64,000 nucleotides of DNA, taken from the IMG/VR virus record IMGVR_UViG_2597490201_000002, positions 12,580-76,579 of that record. One strand, 5' to 3'. Shown piece by piece: positions 18,791 to 26,986 of this stretch. Numbering within the stretch: position 1 is the stretch's first letter; each line of letters starts with the position of its first letter. A program made the position numbers and the translations under genes. The stretch comes from a virus. Lineage: Duplodnaviria; Caudoviricetes. A model generated the notes under the pieces. The model did not search any database. It was not told the origin of the DNA and saw only the letters and a list, made by a program, of their open reading frames with translations.

Positions 18791-19484
18791 CGATGTTCCC
18801 CTGGTGGACGGTGAAGGTGTAAGCGGCAACCCATGGGTTGGCTTCCCATGCTCCTTCGCCGTTGATGTGGTCCCAAAGGTCTGCATACCAATCGCGGGCG
18901 TTGTCCCAGCCGCGATATCCGATGCCGCTGGGGTCCGCTTCCTCGGCAGGGAAGAAACCGCCCACGTCATCTGGCTCGCCCTTTGCGCAGCCTTCGGCCC
19001 ACGCATCTTGCTCGCTGACGCTCTGCAGCCGCTCGACCCGCACATCGGTGACGGTGAGCGTCAGGCGCGAGGCCCATCTGGGCATATGTATCGAAGGGCG
19101 CCACAATGGCCGGCCGGATCGGTCAAAGCCTTCGCGGAAGAGCGCGGCCGAATAATCGTCGGTCGGATGCTCCATTTGGGCGATCGTTCCAACACCGATG
19201 CTGCCGCGGTAGGCGGTGCGGGGAAGGATTGCATGTGCCTCGCGGACCCAAAGCCGATCACCGACGGCGCATTTCAGCTTCTGCGCAGTGATCACTCGAC
19301 CATGATGGATGCGGGGCAGGGCATCGCCTTCGACATGGATCACGCCGACCTCGCAGAGCGTCCCCTTGTCATCGATGGGGAATTGCTCCGGCTGAGGCTT
19401 CAGGATGCGCCGCGTCTGCGTTTTCGTCCCTGCCAGCAGCGCGCGGACCATCGGGCCTGAGAACAGCATCGGACGGTCAGCCAT
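18777..19484 (-). CDS. Conserved phage protein (ASCH/PUA-like)
   Basis: MLFSGPMVRALLAGTKTQTRR, WVREA, WRPSIHMPRWASR, WEANPWV. Confidence 0.82.
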   Translation of the reverse strand: MADRPMLFSGPMVRALLAGTKTQTRRILKPQPEQFPIDDKGTLCEVGVIHVEGDALPRIHHGRVITAQKLKCAVGDRLWVREAHAILPRTAYRGSIGVGTIAQMEHPTDDYSAALFREGFDRSGRPLWRPSIHMPRWASRLTLTVTDVRVERLQSVSEQDAWAEGCAKGEPDDVGGFFPAEEADPSGIGYRGWDNARDWYADLWDHINGEGAWEANPWVAAYTFTVHQGNIDAPA

Positions 19485-19695
19485 TTGCTTCCTCCTGCCC
19501 TTGAGACGTGAGGGTAAAGCGAGGGCCGTCGTCGGTGTCCTCGATCGTGAGGAAGCCGTCCTTCGCCATACGCTTGAGCGACTTGTGGCCGTCCCTTGGA
19601 ATGCGGGCGGTGGTATCGGAGCCTGGGCAGAATGATCCGCCGGCTTCAGAGACGAAGCGCAATAGCTGGCGCTCTTGGTCGGCCAGTTTACGCAT
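19477..19695 (-). CDS. Small winged-helix-like protein
   Basis: LKRMAKDGFL....FTLTSQG. Confidence 0.55.
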   Translation of the reverse strand: MRKLADQERQLLRFVSEAGGSFCPGSDTTARIPRDGHKSLKRMAKDGFLTIEDTDDGPRFTLTSQGQEEANG

Positions 19696-20293
19696 TGGCG
19701 GTCAACTCCCAGTAGCGCGTCAGAAATCGCTCTGCCGCCTCGTCTGGACCCCAAGGGATGATCTTGAAATCGTAGGGCTCCGCGCCCTTGACCCAATCCC
19801 ATTCCTCGCCGCCCCAGCGCATCAAGTCGCGGCGCTCGGTGGCCAGCATGCGAAGGTCAATGAGCTTCAGTTCCGTCGGATCGGTGAACACGATACCGAA
19901 GCGGGCGGCGTTTGCGGCCTCGCAGCGCTTCTCGATGGTCTTATATTCCGGGCACAGCGACTTGAGCGGCCCAGTCATGTCTCCGCAAACCGGCTCCCCG
20001 GTCTCGTGCATCAGGAACTGCAGCGCCAGGTCCGGTCGGCCACTTGCTTCGGCCGCCCAGCTTCCCCGGACACAATGCTCGGCGACGACATACATCACAC
20101 GTCGGTTGAGATGCGGGCTAAATGTCTGCCCCGCAAAGCGCGCGGTATAGGCCAAGCCATAGGCAATGTCCTCAATGGTGATCTGCGAGCTTTCTGGATC
20201 CTCGAAGTCGTAATAGGTGCCCGACCCGAGAAGGATCGTCGGCCCCTTGATGCGGCGGATAGATGCCGCCTTCATCTGCTCGATGTCGGTCAT
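19688..20293 (-). CDS. HD-superfamily phosphohydrolase (YfdR-like)
   Basis: IEDIAYGLA..RFAG, VAEH, LMHE (variant HD), LATERRDL. Confidence 0.8.
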   Translation of the reverse strand: MTDIEQMKAASIRRIKGPTILLGSGTYYDFEDPESSQITIEDIAYGLAYTARFAGQTFSPHLNRRVMYVVAEHCVRGSWAAEASGRPDLALQFLMHETGEPVCGDMTGPLKSLCPEYKTIEKRCEAANAARFGIVFTDPTELKLIDLRMLATERRDLMRWGGEEWDWVKGAEPYDFKIIPWGPDEAAERFLTRYWELTANA

Positions 20294-20429
20294 GCTGCTT
20301 CCTTCCGATCAGCCCCAGCAGAAGGCGTGGGAGGTTGAATAGGGACAAGACGCTGAGTGAACATGTCGAAGGCTTTTCCGACAGGGAGATCGAACAGAGG
20401 GCGACCAGAGCCAATGGGGTAGGTGGCTT

Positions 20430-21332
20430 TCATGGCTTCACCTGCGGAAAGCCATTGTGTTCGACACCATCGAGGCGGCGGCCGGCGGCCTTCTTCCCCA
20501 CCCGGTTCATCGTGTTGGGTTCCGAAGCCTGAACTGGAGACATTGTTCCAGTCCAGTCACCGTCCTCTGTTAGCCGGCGCTCTTCTGACGACCAAGCGGA
20601 GGGCACCTGTGAGGATGGCGCCCATTCGCCCCATTGCTTGAACAGGAACGGCACGCCGGCGGCTGCGCACTGGTCGCGGAGGCTGCGGAACCAGTCGGGA
20701 TGCGATGGGCGTGCCTGCGGGCCGCTTTCGCCGCCAGCAATCACCCAATCAATTCCCATGCCCCAGTTCATCAGCCCTTCAAGCGTGTTCGGCTTTGTCA
20801 TCTCGACAGGGCCAAGCATCGGCTCAATCGAAAGGAACCGAACGGCACTATCGTGCTGGGTAAGGTGCTTAATGTTGTAGTCAGCTCGCTGCTGGTCCTC
20901 GACTGTCGTGCCAAGCCAGACCGAAGACTTTATGTCGTCCCAAAAGCTGGGAAGCATCTTGCCGATGTTCTGCGGACGCTTAGTGAGCAGCAGCCAGTCG
21001 AGCGCCGGCGTTCCGCGGATAAGCGCCCAAAGGTCATCACGCCACTCGGTAGGCACCTGATTATCGAACACATCGGCGAGGCTGGAGCAGAACACGCGCT
21101 GGCGCCGACCGTGCTCGGCAAAGAACGCCTCAGCCTGCTTTTGCCAGCGGCGCGGCTGCTGCCAATTGCTTTCGCTGGTCCGCGAACGATCGCCGCCCCA
21201 CTTCACACGATGGTGGCGCGTATCCATCAGCGCCTCGGCATAGCAATGGTCGCAAGCCGGGCTAATCTTGGTGCAGCCGATCCACGGGTTGAACGTGGAA
21301 TCCGTCCATTCGATAGCGCTGGTTTCAGCCAT
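20430..21332 (-). CDS. Gp37/Gp68-family (DUF5131) protein
   Basis: IEWTDSTFNPWIGCTKISPACDHCYAE, LLTKRP, GGESG, FKQWGEW. Confidence 0.92.
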   Translation of the reverse strand: MAETSAIEWTDSTFNPWIGCTKISPACDHCYAEALMDTRHHRVKWGGDRSRTSESNWQQPRRWQKQAEAFFAEHGRRQRVFCSSLADVFDNQVPTEWRDDLWALIRGTPALDWLLLTKRPQNIGKMLPSFWDDIKSSVWLGTTVEDQQRADYNIKHLTQHDSAVRFLSIEPMLGPVEMTKPNTLEGLMNWGMGIDWVIAGGESGPQARPSHPDWFRSLRDQCAAAGVPFLFKQWGEWAPSSQVPSAWSSEERRLTEDGDWTGTMSPVQASEPNTMNRVGKKAAGRRLDGVEHNGFPQVKP

Positions 21333-21506
21333 TTGCCTTCACCTCCGGAACAAACCGATAGTGGGTAACGAAGCCCAAGAAGCCGTCTTGCCTGGTTTCA
21401 AGGGTGAAGCCAGGAGGAGGTTGGGGCGGATCGACGTACATGCCGCAAAAGATCCATCCGGGGCGGTTCACAAGGAAATCGACGAGCCTTAGGACGGGAT
21501 GGGTGC

Positions 21507-21707
21507 TCATTCGTCCGCCCCATACTGTTCGTCATCGGCGGGGTCGTAATCCCAGCAGGAGCAGCCACGGAAGGCATCGCACCCGCAATCGAGAACATCA
21601 GGATCATCGACGACGTCATAGACAGGCTGGGGATGCTCGCGCTCGTATTGGAGCGCGCAGCGCTCACAGCCGCACATGTCGGAGTGCTGGATATATCGCT
21701 TGCCCAT
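21507..21707 (-). CDS. Small Cys-rich acidic protein
   Basis: CGCERC and CGC..C motifs; GGAGG RBS. Confidence 0.5.
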   Translation of the reverse strand: MGKRYIQHSDMCGCERCALQYEREHPQPVYDVVDDPDVLDCGCDAFRGCSCWDYDPADDEQYGADE

Positions 21708-21846
21708 CAGAAGGCCTCCCAGATGGGATAGCCATGGCGAAGCCAGAAAGCACAAGCCAACAGGCCATAGAAGAACGCCAGCATCGCCAAGCCTGTAATC
21801 ACGGCCAGAGCGTCATGGGCGAGGGACTGGGGCTTGGCTGCGGCGT

Positions 21847-22119
21847 TCATGCTGCACCAGCCTGAGCTGCCTTCGCCTCTTTGAAGGCGGCAGACGTGAG
21901 CGCGTCGTATGCATCGATCGCTTTTTGTGCGACGGACTGCATCAGTCGGGCATCAAGGGGCCCATCAAGGATTTCGCCCAAGGCCTCCCGGAAGAGCTCT
22001 TCAGCCTCGCAGCTGTCGCCCACCGAGATCGTCTGCACCTTTCCGAATGGCGTCACCACATCGAACGGATTGCCATCGATCTTTGATGGGTGGCCTTCGA
22101 AAACTACGGTCGTAGCCAT
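21847..22119 (-). CDS. Hypothetical protein
   Basis: GGAGG RBS, in operon. Confidence 0.6.
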   Translation of the reverse strand: MATTVVFEGHPSKIDGNPFDVVTPFGKVQTISVGDSCEAEELFREALGEILDGPLDARLMQSVAQKAIDAYDALTSAAFKEAKAAQAGAA

Positions 22120-22120
22120 C

Positions 22121-22405
22121 TCATCCCTCCAGATTGTCATGGTTGAGGTCGGTATCGCCTTCGACGGCTTTACGGGCTTCGCGATCATCGTTGCGATCAA
22201 GAGCGGCATTGCCCTCACGGATAGCCGCGAAGAACTCTTCTGCTTTGCCGGATTCGAGGGCCGCGCAAGCAGCATCCATCTTGGCGTTGAACCTGGCCTG
22301 CTGCTCAGCAGTCAAAGGAGGAGCAACCCGCTTCTTCCTGCTTCCATAGAGCGTGTAGCCGGGGCGATTGCCGCTGCGGGTGCGAAGTCCAGGAGTGCCG
22401 GCCAT
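22121..22405 (-). CDS. Hypothetical protein
   Basis: Coupled ORF. Confidence 0.55.
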   Translation of the reverse strand: MAGTPGLRTRSGNRPGYTLYGSRKKRVAPPLTAEQQARFNAKMDAACAALESGKAEEFFAAIREGNAALDRNDDREARKAVEGDTDLNHDNLEG

Positions 22406-23091
22406 CAGTAGTCACCCACGCTGGTGACCACATCGTCCTCATCGAGGATGATCTTGGTTCCGCATGCGAAATACGCCCGAAGCTTCTGACCAAGCCCGTA
22501 GGTGCGGCCGATATGCTTGGTGCTCTTGAGATCGCGGTTATCGATGGTGCCGCCACTGATCGTGCCGTCCTTGCTGATCAGGATGCGGTGTTGGCACTGG
22601 TATTCGGCCCGCGCGCCTTCGTGATGAGTTTCTTCATCAAGCGAAAGCCAGGTCGAACCATATTCGTTTTGCTCGACAATAACCGTGATGACCGACCCGT
22701 AGCTTCCGTCATCGCGATGAGGCTTCAGCATCTCCTCGGCAATTTCTGAGAGCTTGATCTCCTTTGGCGCGAGCTTCAGAAGCTCTGTGACGTCCTCGGC
22801 AAGTCGTCCTGCCACAAGCTCGCTGACATTGGCCTCAATCTGCGCCTTGACCATGTGAGCCACGACGGTGCCGTACGAGGGAAGATCGAGCCGCTCCACT
22901 CGCAGGGCCTCTTCAACCGCCTTCTCGATCAGCTTGGCAGTTTCGGAATAGCCGCGTAGCGCCCGGTCGACGGCTTCGACCACGAGTTTGGAAACTCGCG
23001 TCTCAACTTCCTTCTCAACGAAGGACGCATCGAGCTGCTTGGCAACGGTGGCGCTGATGATGTCGCCCAAATTCAAGTCGTTCGTGGTCAT
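22405..23091 (-). CDS. Conserved phage hypothetical protein
   Basis: 228-aa ORF with ordinary protein-like composition in operon. Confidence 0.7.
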   Translation of the reverse strand: MTTNDLNLGDIISATVAKQLDASFVEKEVETRVSKLVVEAVDRALRGYSETAKLIEKAVEEALRVERLDLPSYGTVVAHMVKAQIEANVSELVAGRLAEDVTELLKLAPKEIKLSEIAEEMLKPHRDDGSYGSVITVIVEQNEYGSTWLSLDEETHHEGARAEYQCQHRILISKDGTISGGTIDNRDLKSTKHIGRTYGLGQKLRAYFACGTKIILDEDDVVTSVGDY

Positions 23092-23151
23092 TGAAATAAA
23101 TCGGCGGGTGCATTGTCCTCATCCCGCCGTCCCTAAGGTTGGGGAAGGGGG

Positions 23152-23415
23152 TTAGGCGGGGATGCGATAGCGCTCGCGGCTGGCTGCCATGGTGACATAG
23201 CCCTGCGCGCTCGTGCCGCGCTCCCAATGCTCATGCGCCTCGTCGATCGAGTAACCATCACCCTTGCCGTCAGGGTCGTTTCCATCCAGGGAGTGGCCGA
23301 ACAGGCGCTCGCACTCGTCGGCGAACTTCAGCCACGACCGCTCGGAGCGATCAGGGGCACCGCTCTCGCTCGCGACATTCTCGGCACTGAACGGGTGGTC
23401 AGCCAAATCCTGCAT
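23152..23415 (-). CDS. First gene of unit 2 PL operon
   Basis: GGAG RBS directly downstream of PL. Confidence 0.6.
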   Translation of the reverse strand: MQDLADHPFSAENVASESGAPDRSERSWLKFADECERLFGHSLDGNDPDGKGDGYSIDEAHEHWERGTSAQGYVTMAASRERYRIPA

Positions 23416-23460
23416 TTCCATCTCCCTAGAGGCGCTCGCCTCGGTGATCTGATGGGTAGA

Positions 23461-23514
23461 AGTATGATGCGGCACTTGTGCCGCGTCAACAGGAAAATGC
23501 GGCACGTGTGCCGT
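23461..23514 (-). promoter_or_regulatory. Unit 2 left operator/promoter (OL/PL-like)
   Basis: GCGGCA-N4-TGCCGY at 23469-23484 and 23499-23514; TTGACG(23489-84)-17-CATACT(23466-61). Confidence 0.85.
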
Positions 23515-23579
23515 ATCTGAAAATTCTCTTAAAATTCCGACTCGACTCGCCGCCTGCTCTGCGCAATCAATACAAACCA

Positions 23580-23594
23580 GAACATAACAGGAAC
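23580..23594 (+). promoter_or_regulatory. Alphaproteobacterial LexA (SOS) box
   Basis: GAAC-ataacag-GAAC, 6 nt before ATG 23601. Confidence 0.8.
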
Positions 23595-23600
23595 AAAACG

Positions 23601-23837
23601 ATGTTTGAAGGAACGCGTCCGGCCCGCATTTTCGTCCTCCATTGCCTCTGCGCCAACTGTCAGCGGCCCACGACAAGGCGCGTCCAGATCCCGCGGATGG
23701 AAGGGGCGCCGACGACAGTGGACGAATTCATTGAGGGGCTAGAGCACAACCCGGTGCCCTTTGCCTGCGGGCATTGCGAGAGCCTGATCGGTGAGCTGGT
23801 GGGGGTGACTATAGAGAACGACCATGTCGCAGCATGA
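23601..23837 (+). CDS. Small zinc-ribbon protein
   Basis: CANC...CGHC; follows SOS box. Confidence 0.7.
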   Translation: MFEGTRPARIFVLHCLCANCQRPTTRRVQIPRMEGAPTTVDEFIEGLEHNPVPFACGHCESLIGELVGVTIENDHVAA

Positions 23838-24138
23838 TGTGAGCGAGTTCATCGTCGTAGCGCCGGCGATGCTGGGGAAAGCCGTCGAATGGGCGGAGCC
23901 GCGGCTGCTCGAATTCTTAGGCGATCAGTTCCCGAGCTATCGCTTCCGCATCGAGCCTTTCGGGCCATTCGCAGACGACGAAGAATTCACAGTGATCCCG
24001 ATCATGAACCGGCCGCCTGTGCCTGGCGAAGATCGTGATCCTGACGAGTTGCACATGTGCCAGCTCCACCCCGAAGCCATTCCGCAGATTCAGCAGGCTC
24101 TGCGTTCATTCGATCCAGACAAGACCAGGAGCCACTGA
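23824..24138 (+). CDS. Hypothetical acidic protein
   Basis: Overlapping gene of the SOS-boxed operon. Confidence 0.65.
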   Translation: MSQHDVSEFIVVAPAMLGKAVEWAEPRLLEFLGDQFPSYRFRIEPFGPFADDEEFTVIPIMNRPPVPGEDRDPDELHMCQLHPEAIPQIQQALRSFDPDKTRSH

Positions 24139-24395
24139 TGCAGACCGCGCGTATAGACCACAACAGCCGAGTTACCCACTACGTGGTGCAGGCCTATCGG
24201 AAGATGGGGAAGAAGATCGTCGCCGACGAACCGAAGATCGCGACCGACGAGCGGCACTGCTTGCGGATGGCAGAGGCCGCCGCGCCGCGCCGCCATGGCG
24301 TTATCGCCTTCTCACGAACCGGCGATGCCGATACGGGCGACTTCGACGATCCGGTGATCCTTGCCACCCACGGCGAAGTGCCTGAAATGTCCTGA
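24138..24395 (+). CDS. Small uncharacterised protein, homologous to 896-1147
   Basis: AGGAG RBS, TGATG coupling; GVIAFSRTGD..GDFDDPVIL..GEVPE. Confidence 0.75.
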   Translation: MQTARIDHNSRVTHYVVQAYRKMGKKIVADEPKIATDERHCLRMAEAAAPRRHGVIAFSRTGDADTGDFDDPVILATHGEVPEMS

Positions 24396-24455
24396 CGCTT
24401 CTACAGGCCCTGTATGGCTCCGGCACGCGATGCTTCAGCCATATCGAAGGGGCGG

Positions 24456-24576
24456 AAAAGCAAAGGCCCCGCCGAGGCGAGGCCTTTTACAGCACCATAC
24501 GAGAGTTTGCTTTCACTCCGGTGTATGGTGGCCCCTGGTGGGGTCTTAATGCCGATCCTTTCGGAGAGCGGCTGAC
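24456..24576 (-). ncRNA. Putative structured ncRNA downstream of the PemK/MazF gene
   Basis: Own promoter TTGACG(24611-06)-17-TATGTT(24588-83), three hairpins including a GAAA tetraloop, and an intrinsic terminator. Confidence 0.68.
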
Positions 24577-24593
24577 GCGTGAAACATAATGTT

Positions 24594-25019
24594 TCATGGG
24601 GTTTTCGTCAAGGAAGAAAGCCCAAGGCTATTGAGCAGACAATGATGCGCGGTCAGCAGAAGTTCCTTGCCGACGGGTGCTTTTAGGTACTGCCGATTAC
24701 CGGAACGGTCTTTCCCTAGCCGGATCAAGTCTATGCGGTGAAAGCCGACGGTATTCACCATATCGCCTTTGATCCACATGGTTGGGGAATCGTACGGCTC
24801 GGGCAGTGCAAACGGGAGCGCGATCTCTGCATGATATGGCATGACCACGTTCGGGGCGGTGGTGCTGAGGGCAACTACCGTGCAAAGACCTGGCCTCGTC
24901 GCAATCTGCGGACAGATAACCAACGCTGGACGGCGTTTTATCATTTCCGGGGTGCGGAAGCCCTGATCGAAGTCAACAATAACGACGGCACCTTGGCCCG
25001 GATGATACTGAATCGCCAT
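24594..25019 (-). CDS. PemK/MazF-family endoribonuclease (YifN-like), no protein antitoxin adjacent
   Basis: VDFDQGFRTPEMIKRRPALVI, TVVALSTT, WIKGDMVNTVGFHRID. Confidence 0.88.
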   Translation of the reverse strand: MAIQYHPGQGAVVIVDFDQGFRTPEMIKRRPALVICPQIATRPGLCTVVALSTTAPNVVMPYHAEIALPFALPEPYDSPTMWIKGDMVNTVGFHRIDLIRLGKDRSGNRQYLKAPVGKELLLTAHHCLLNSLGLSSLTKTP

Positions 25020-25121
25020 TGCCGATATTTACGCTAGGCCGGTTAATTTAACCAAGCGGATTTCAGGTCCAAAGTCGTCAACTCAGCGCTGCGATCTTCG
25101 CCAGTTCATCAGCCGTCCCGA

Positions 25122-25475
25122 CTACCAGCCGCACGTTTCTCGAACTGGCGCAAGCGCTGTCTCCAATCCGGCAAGGTTGAACGTAACTTCGATGGCCGGT
25201 TCGCTCACCGTCAGCGTCTGAGCGAATAGGGAATTCGCCCCGATGAACTGTTTGATCGATCGAATAGCCTGCCCGCTCGGGATCATTAGAGACGTTCTGT
25301 CGTTGGAAGCAATCATCTGAACCGCGAACGCTGGGTTGCTGTCAGCCCTGAAAGTCACTTTACCCAAGCCGCCAATGTCCGAGGTGTAGAGAGACGTGCT
25401 CTTGTGCGTTTGCCACGCGGTGGCTGGTGCCGCTGAGGCCATCACTACGATCAGACCGGTTGCCAGTGCCCTCAT
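25122..25475 (-). CDS. Exported protein in cI operon
   Basis: Signal peptide; C-terminal FNLAGLETALAPVRETCGW. Confidence 0.65.
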   Translation of the reverse strand: MRALATGLIVVMASAAPATAWQTHKSTSLYTSDIGGLGKVTFRADSNPAFAVQMIASNDRTSLMIPSGQAIRSIKQFIGANSLFAQTLTVSEPAIEVTFNLAGLETALAPVRETCGW

Positions 25476-25483
25476 GCTTCCCC

Positions 25484-26233
25484 CTACAGCGGTAAGTCGT
25501 TTCTCACCGATCTTACCAAAGCAATAATCTCGACGCTCACGCCATCGTCGGCCTGGGTGTCGCGCTTCACTACGATAGGCATGAGGCTTTTGTCCGACGA
25601 GCGCGGGTGAAACTCGATCCTGTCCTCATAGAGTTCGATCTGCTTCACTGACCATTCGCGGGTGTGGCCTCCATCGCGGGTGCGCTCGACGACAACGACC
25701 AAGCCATCCTTGATCCTCACCTGGTGAGCGACATCCTCATAGGCAACGCCGATGATGCGGTCGCCGGGGAGGATGGGGCGGGGATGAAGCTCATTCATAG
25801 AGATTCCATCAACGTCCCACGCCATACGGCGGGCGTTCGGGAATTTCTCGTCAGGCGGCTCCCAGACGCGTTCTGGTGCCGACTGGTCGAATTCGTTGGC
25901 TTCCCTGAATACGCCGGCTGCGACCTTGCCGTTGACCTTGATTGGCAGCAGCGGACGATGATGCGCCGGCACGATCTCAGAAGGCTCGGTTGGTTGCTGG
26001 GCCACTTCATCCGCGTCTGACGTCAGCCACTCCACAGGTTGCTGAAGATAGTCGGCAAGTCCCTGCAGGTTTGCTCCTCGAGGGAATGCTGATCGCCCCT
26101 GCTTTATGGCTCGCAAGAGGTCAGGGTTCTTTCCTCCAGTGGCAGCCAGAGATGCGGCGCGATCACTAGTTCCGGGGTGCAGTTCGTCAATGCGGGCGCG
26201 GATGCGCTCATAGGCTGTCGTCATGTGCGGCAT
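25484..26233 (-). CDS. cI: CI-like repressor (HTH + S24 peptidase), unit 2
   Basis: VAAG cleavage motif, GISMN serine, SVKQ lysine; start may be 26224. Confidence 0.9.
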   Translation of the reverse strand: MPHMTTAYERIRARIDELHPGTSDRAASLAATGGKNPDLLRAIKQGRSAFPRGANLQGLADYLQQPVEWLTSDADEVAQQPTEPSEIVPAHHRPLLPIKVNGKVAAGVFREANEFDQSAPERVWEPPDEKFPNARRMAWDVDGISMNELHPRPILPGDRIIGVAYEDVAHQVRIKDGLVVVVERTRDGGHTREWSVKQIELYEDRIEFHPRSSDKSLMPIVVKRDTQADDGVSVEIIALVRSVRNDLPL

Positions 26234-26316
26234 TCTTGCCGCTCCCCTCTATGAAAACTAGCGGCACGTGTGCCGCATTTTGTGCTTGACGATGCGGCAC
26301 AACTGCCGCATACAAT
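26227..26316 (+). promoter_or_regulatory. Unit 2 right operator/promoter (OR1-3/PR-like)
   Basis: GCGGCA-N4-TGCCGC at 26227-42, 26261-76, 26294-309; TTGACG at 26286 and CATACAAT at 26309-16. Confidence 0.88.
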
Positions 26317-26322
26317 TCGGGC

Positions 26323-26664
26323 ATGGACCTGAGAACTCAACTCGTCACCGTCGCAGATGCATACGGCCTTCTCACGGGTCGCGGACGCAAGCGTGTCTCC
26401 ACCATGGCCCTCAAGCAGGGCAATCGGCTGGACGAATTCGCAAGTGGCCTGCGCAGCCCAACTGTCGAGGTGCTTGAGCGGGCGATGAGGTGGTTTTCAG
26501 AAAACTGGCCCGATGGCGAGCCGTGGCCAGATGGGGTCGGGCGCCCAATCAACCCCGCCCTTTTTGACGAGCAGTTCGATCCAAAATTGAGGGAGCCGCA
26601 GCATGACCCTTCCATCCGATATCCCCGAAGACATCGCCGATCGTGCTGCCATCCTCATGGATGA
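26323..26664 (+). CDS. cro: Cro-like regulator, unit 2
   Basis: Divergent from cI; WFSENWP..EPWPDGV.RP alphaproteobacterial Cro-like tail. Confidence 0.78.
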   Translation: MDLRTQLVTVADAYGLLTGRGRKRVSTMALKQGNRLDEFASGLRSPTVEVLERAMRWFSENWPDGEPWPDGVGRPINPALFDEQFDPKLREPQHDPSIRYPRRHRRSCCHPHG

Positions 26665-26986
26665 GCTTCGGCACATCGAAGACGATCTCGAATACACGGC
26701 TAGGATCATCATGGCGGTGGAAGCGTCTGGCCCCGTTGGTCTGAGCAAGAAGCAGGCGAACGCGCTGGCCTTTATCGAAGGCTTTATCGACGATCGCGGC
26801 TATTCGCCGACCTTCGAGGAAATCTCTCACGGCCTCGGCCTGAGTAGCCGCAGCGGCGCACATCGTGTCGTGCAGCAGCTCATTGAGCGCGGCGCTGTCC
26901 GTCGCATGGCAGGGCGCGCGCAGACCATCGTCATCGTGAAAAACGGCGATGTAAGCACTGCTCACAAAAATTCTGAGGTGGCGTAA
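26603..26986 (+). CDS. LexA-type winged-HTH protein without peptidase
   Basis: LSKKQANALAFI...GYSPTFEEI..LGLSSRSGAHRVVQQLIERGAV. Confidence 0.82.
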   Translation: MTLPSDIPEDIADRAAILMDELRHIEDDLEYTARIIMAVEASGPVGLSKKQANALAFIEGFIDDRGYSPTFEEISHGLGLSSRSGAHRVVQQLIERGAVRRMAGRAQTIVIVKNGDVSTAHKNSEVA

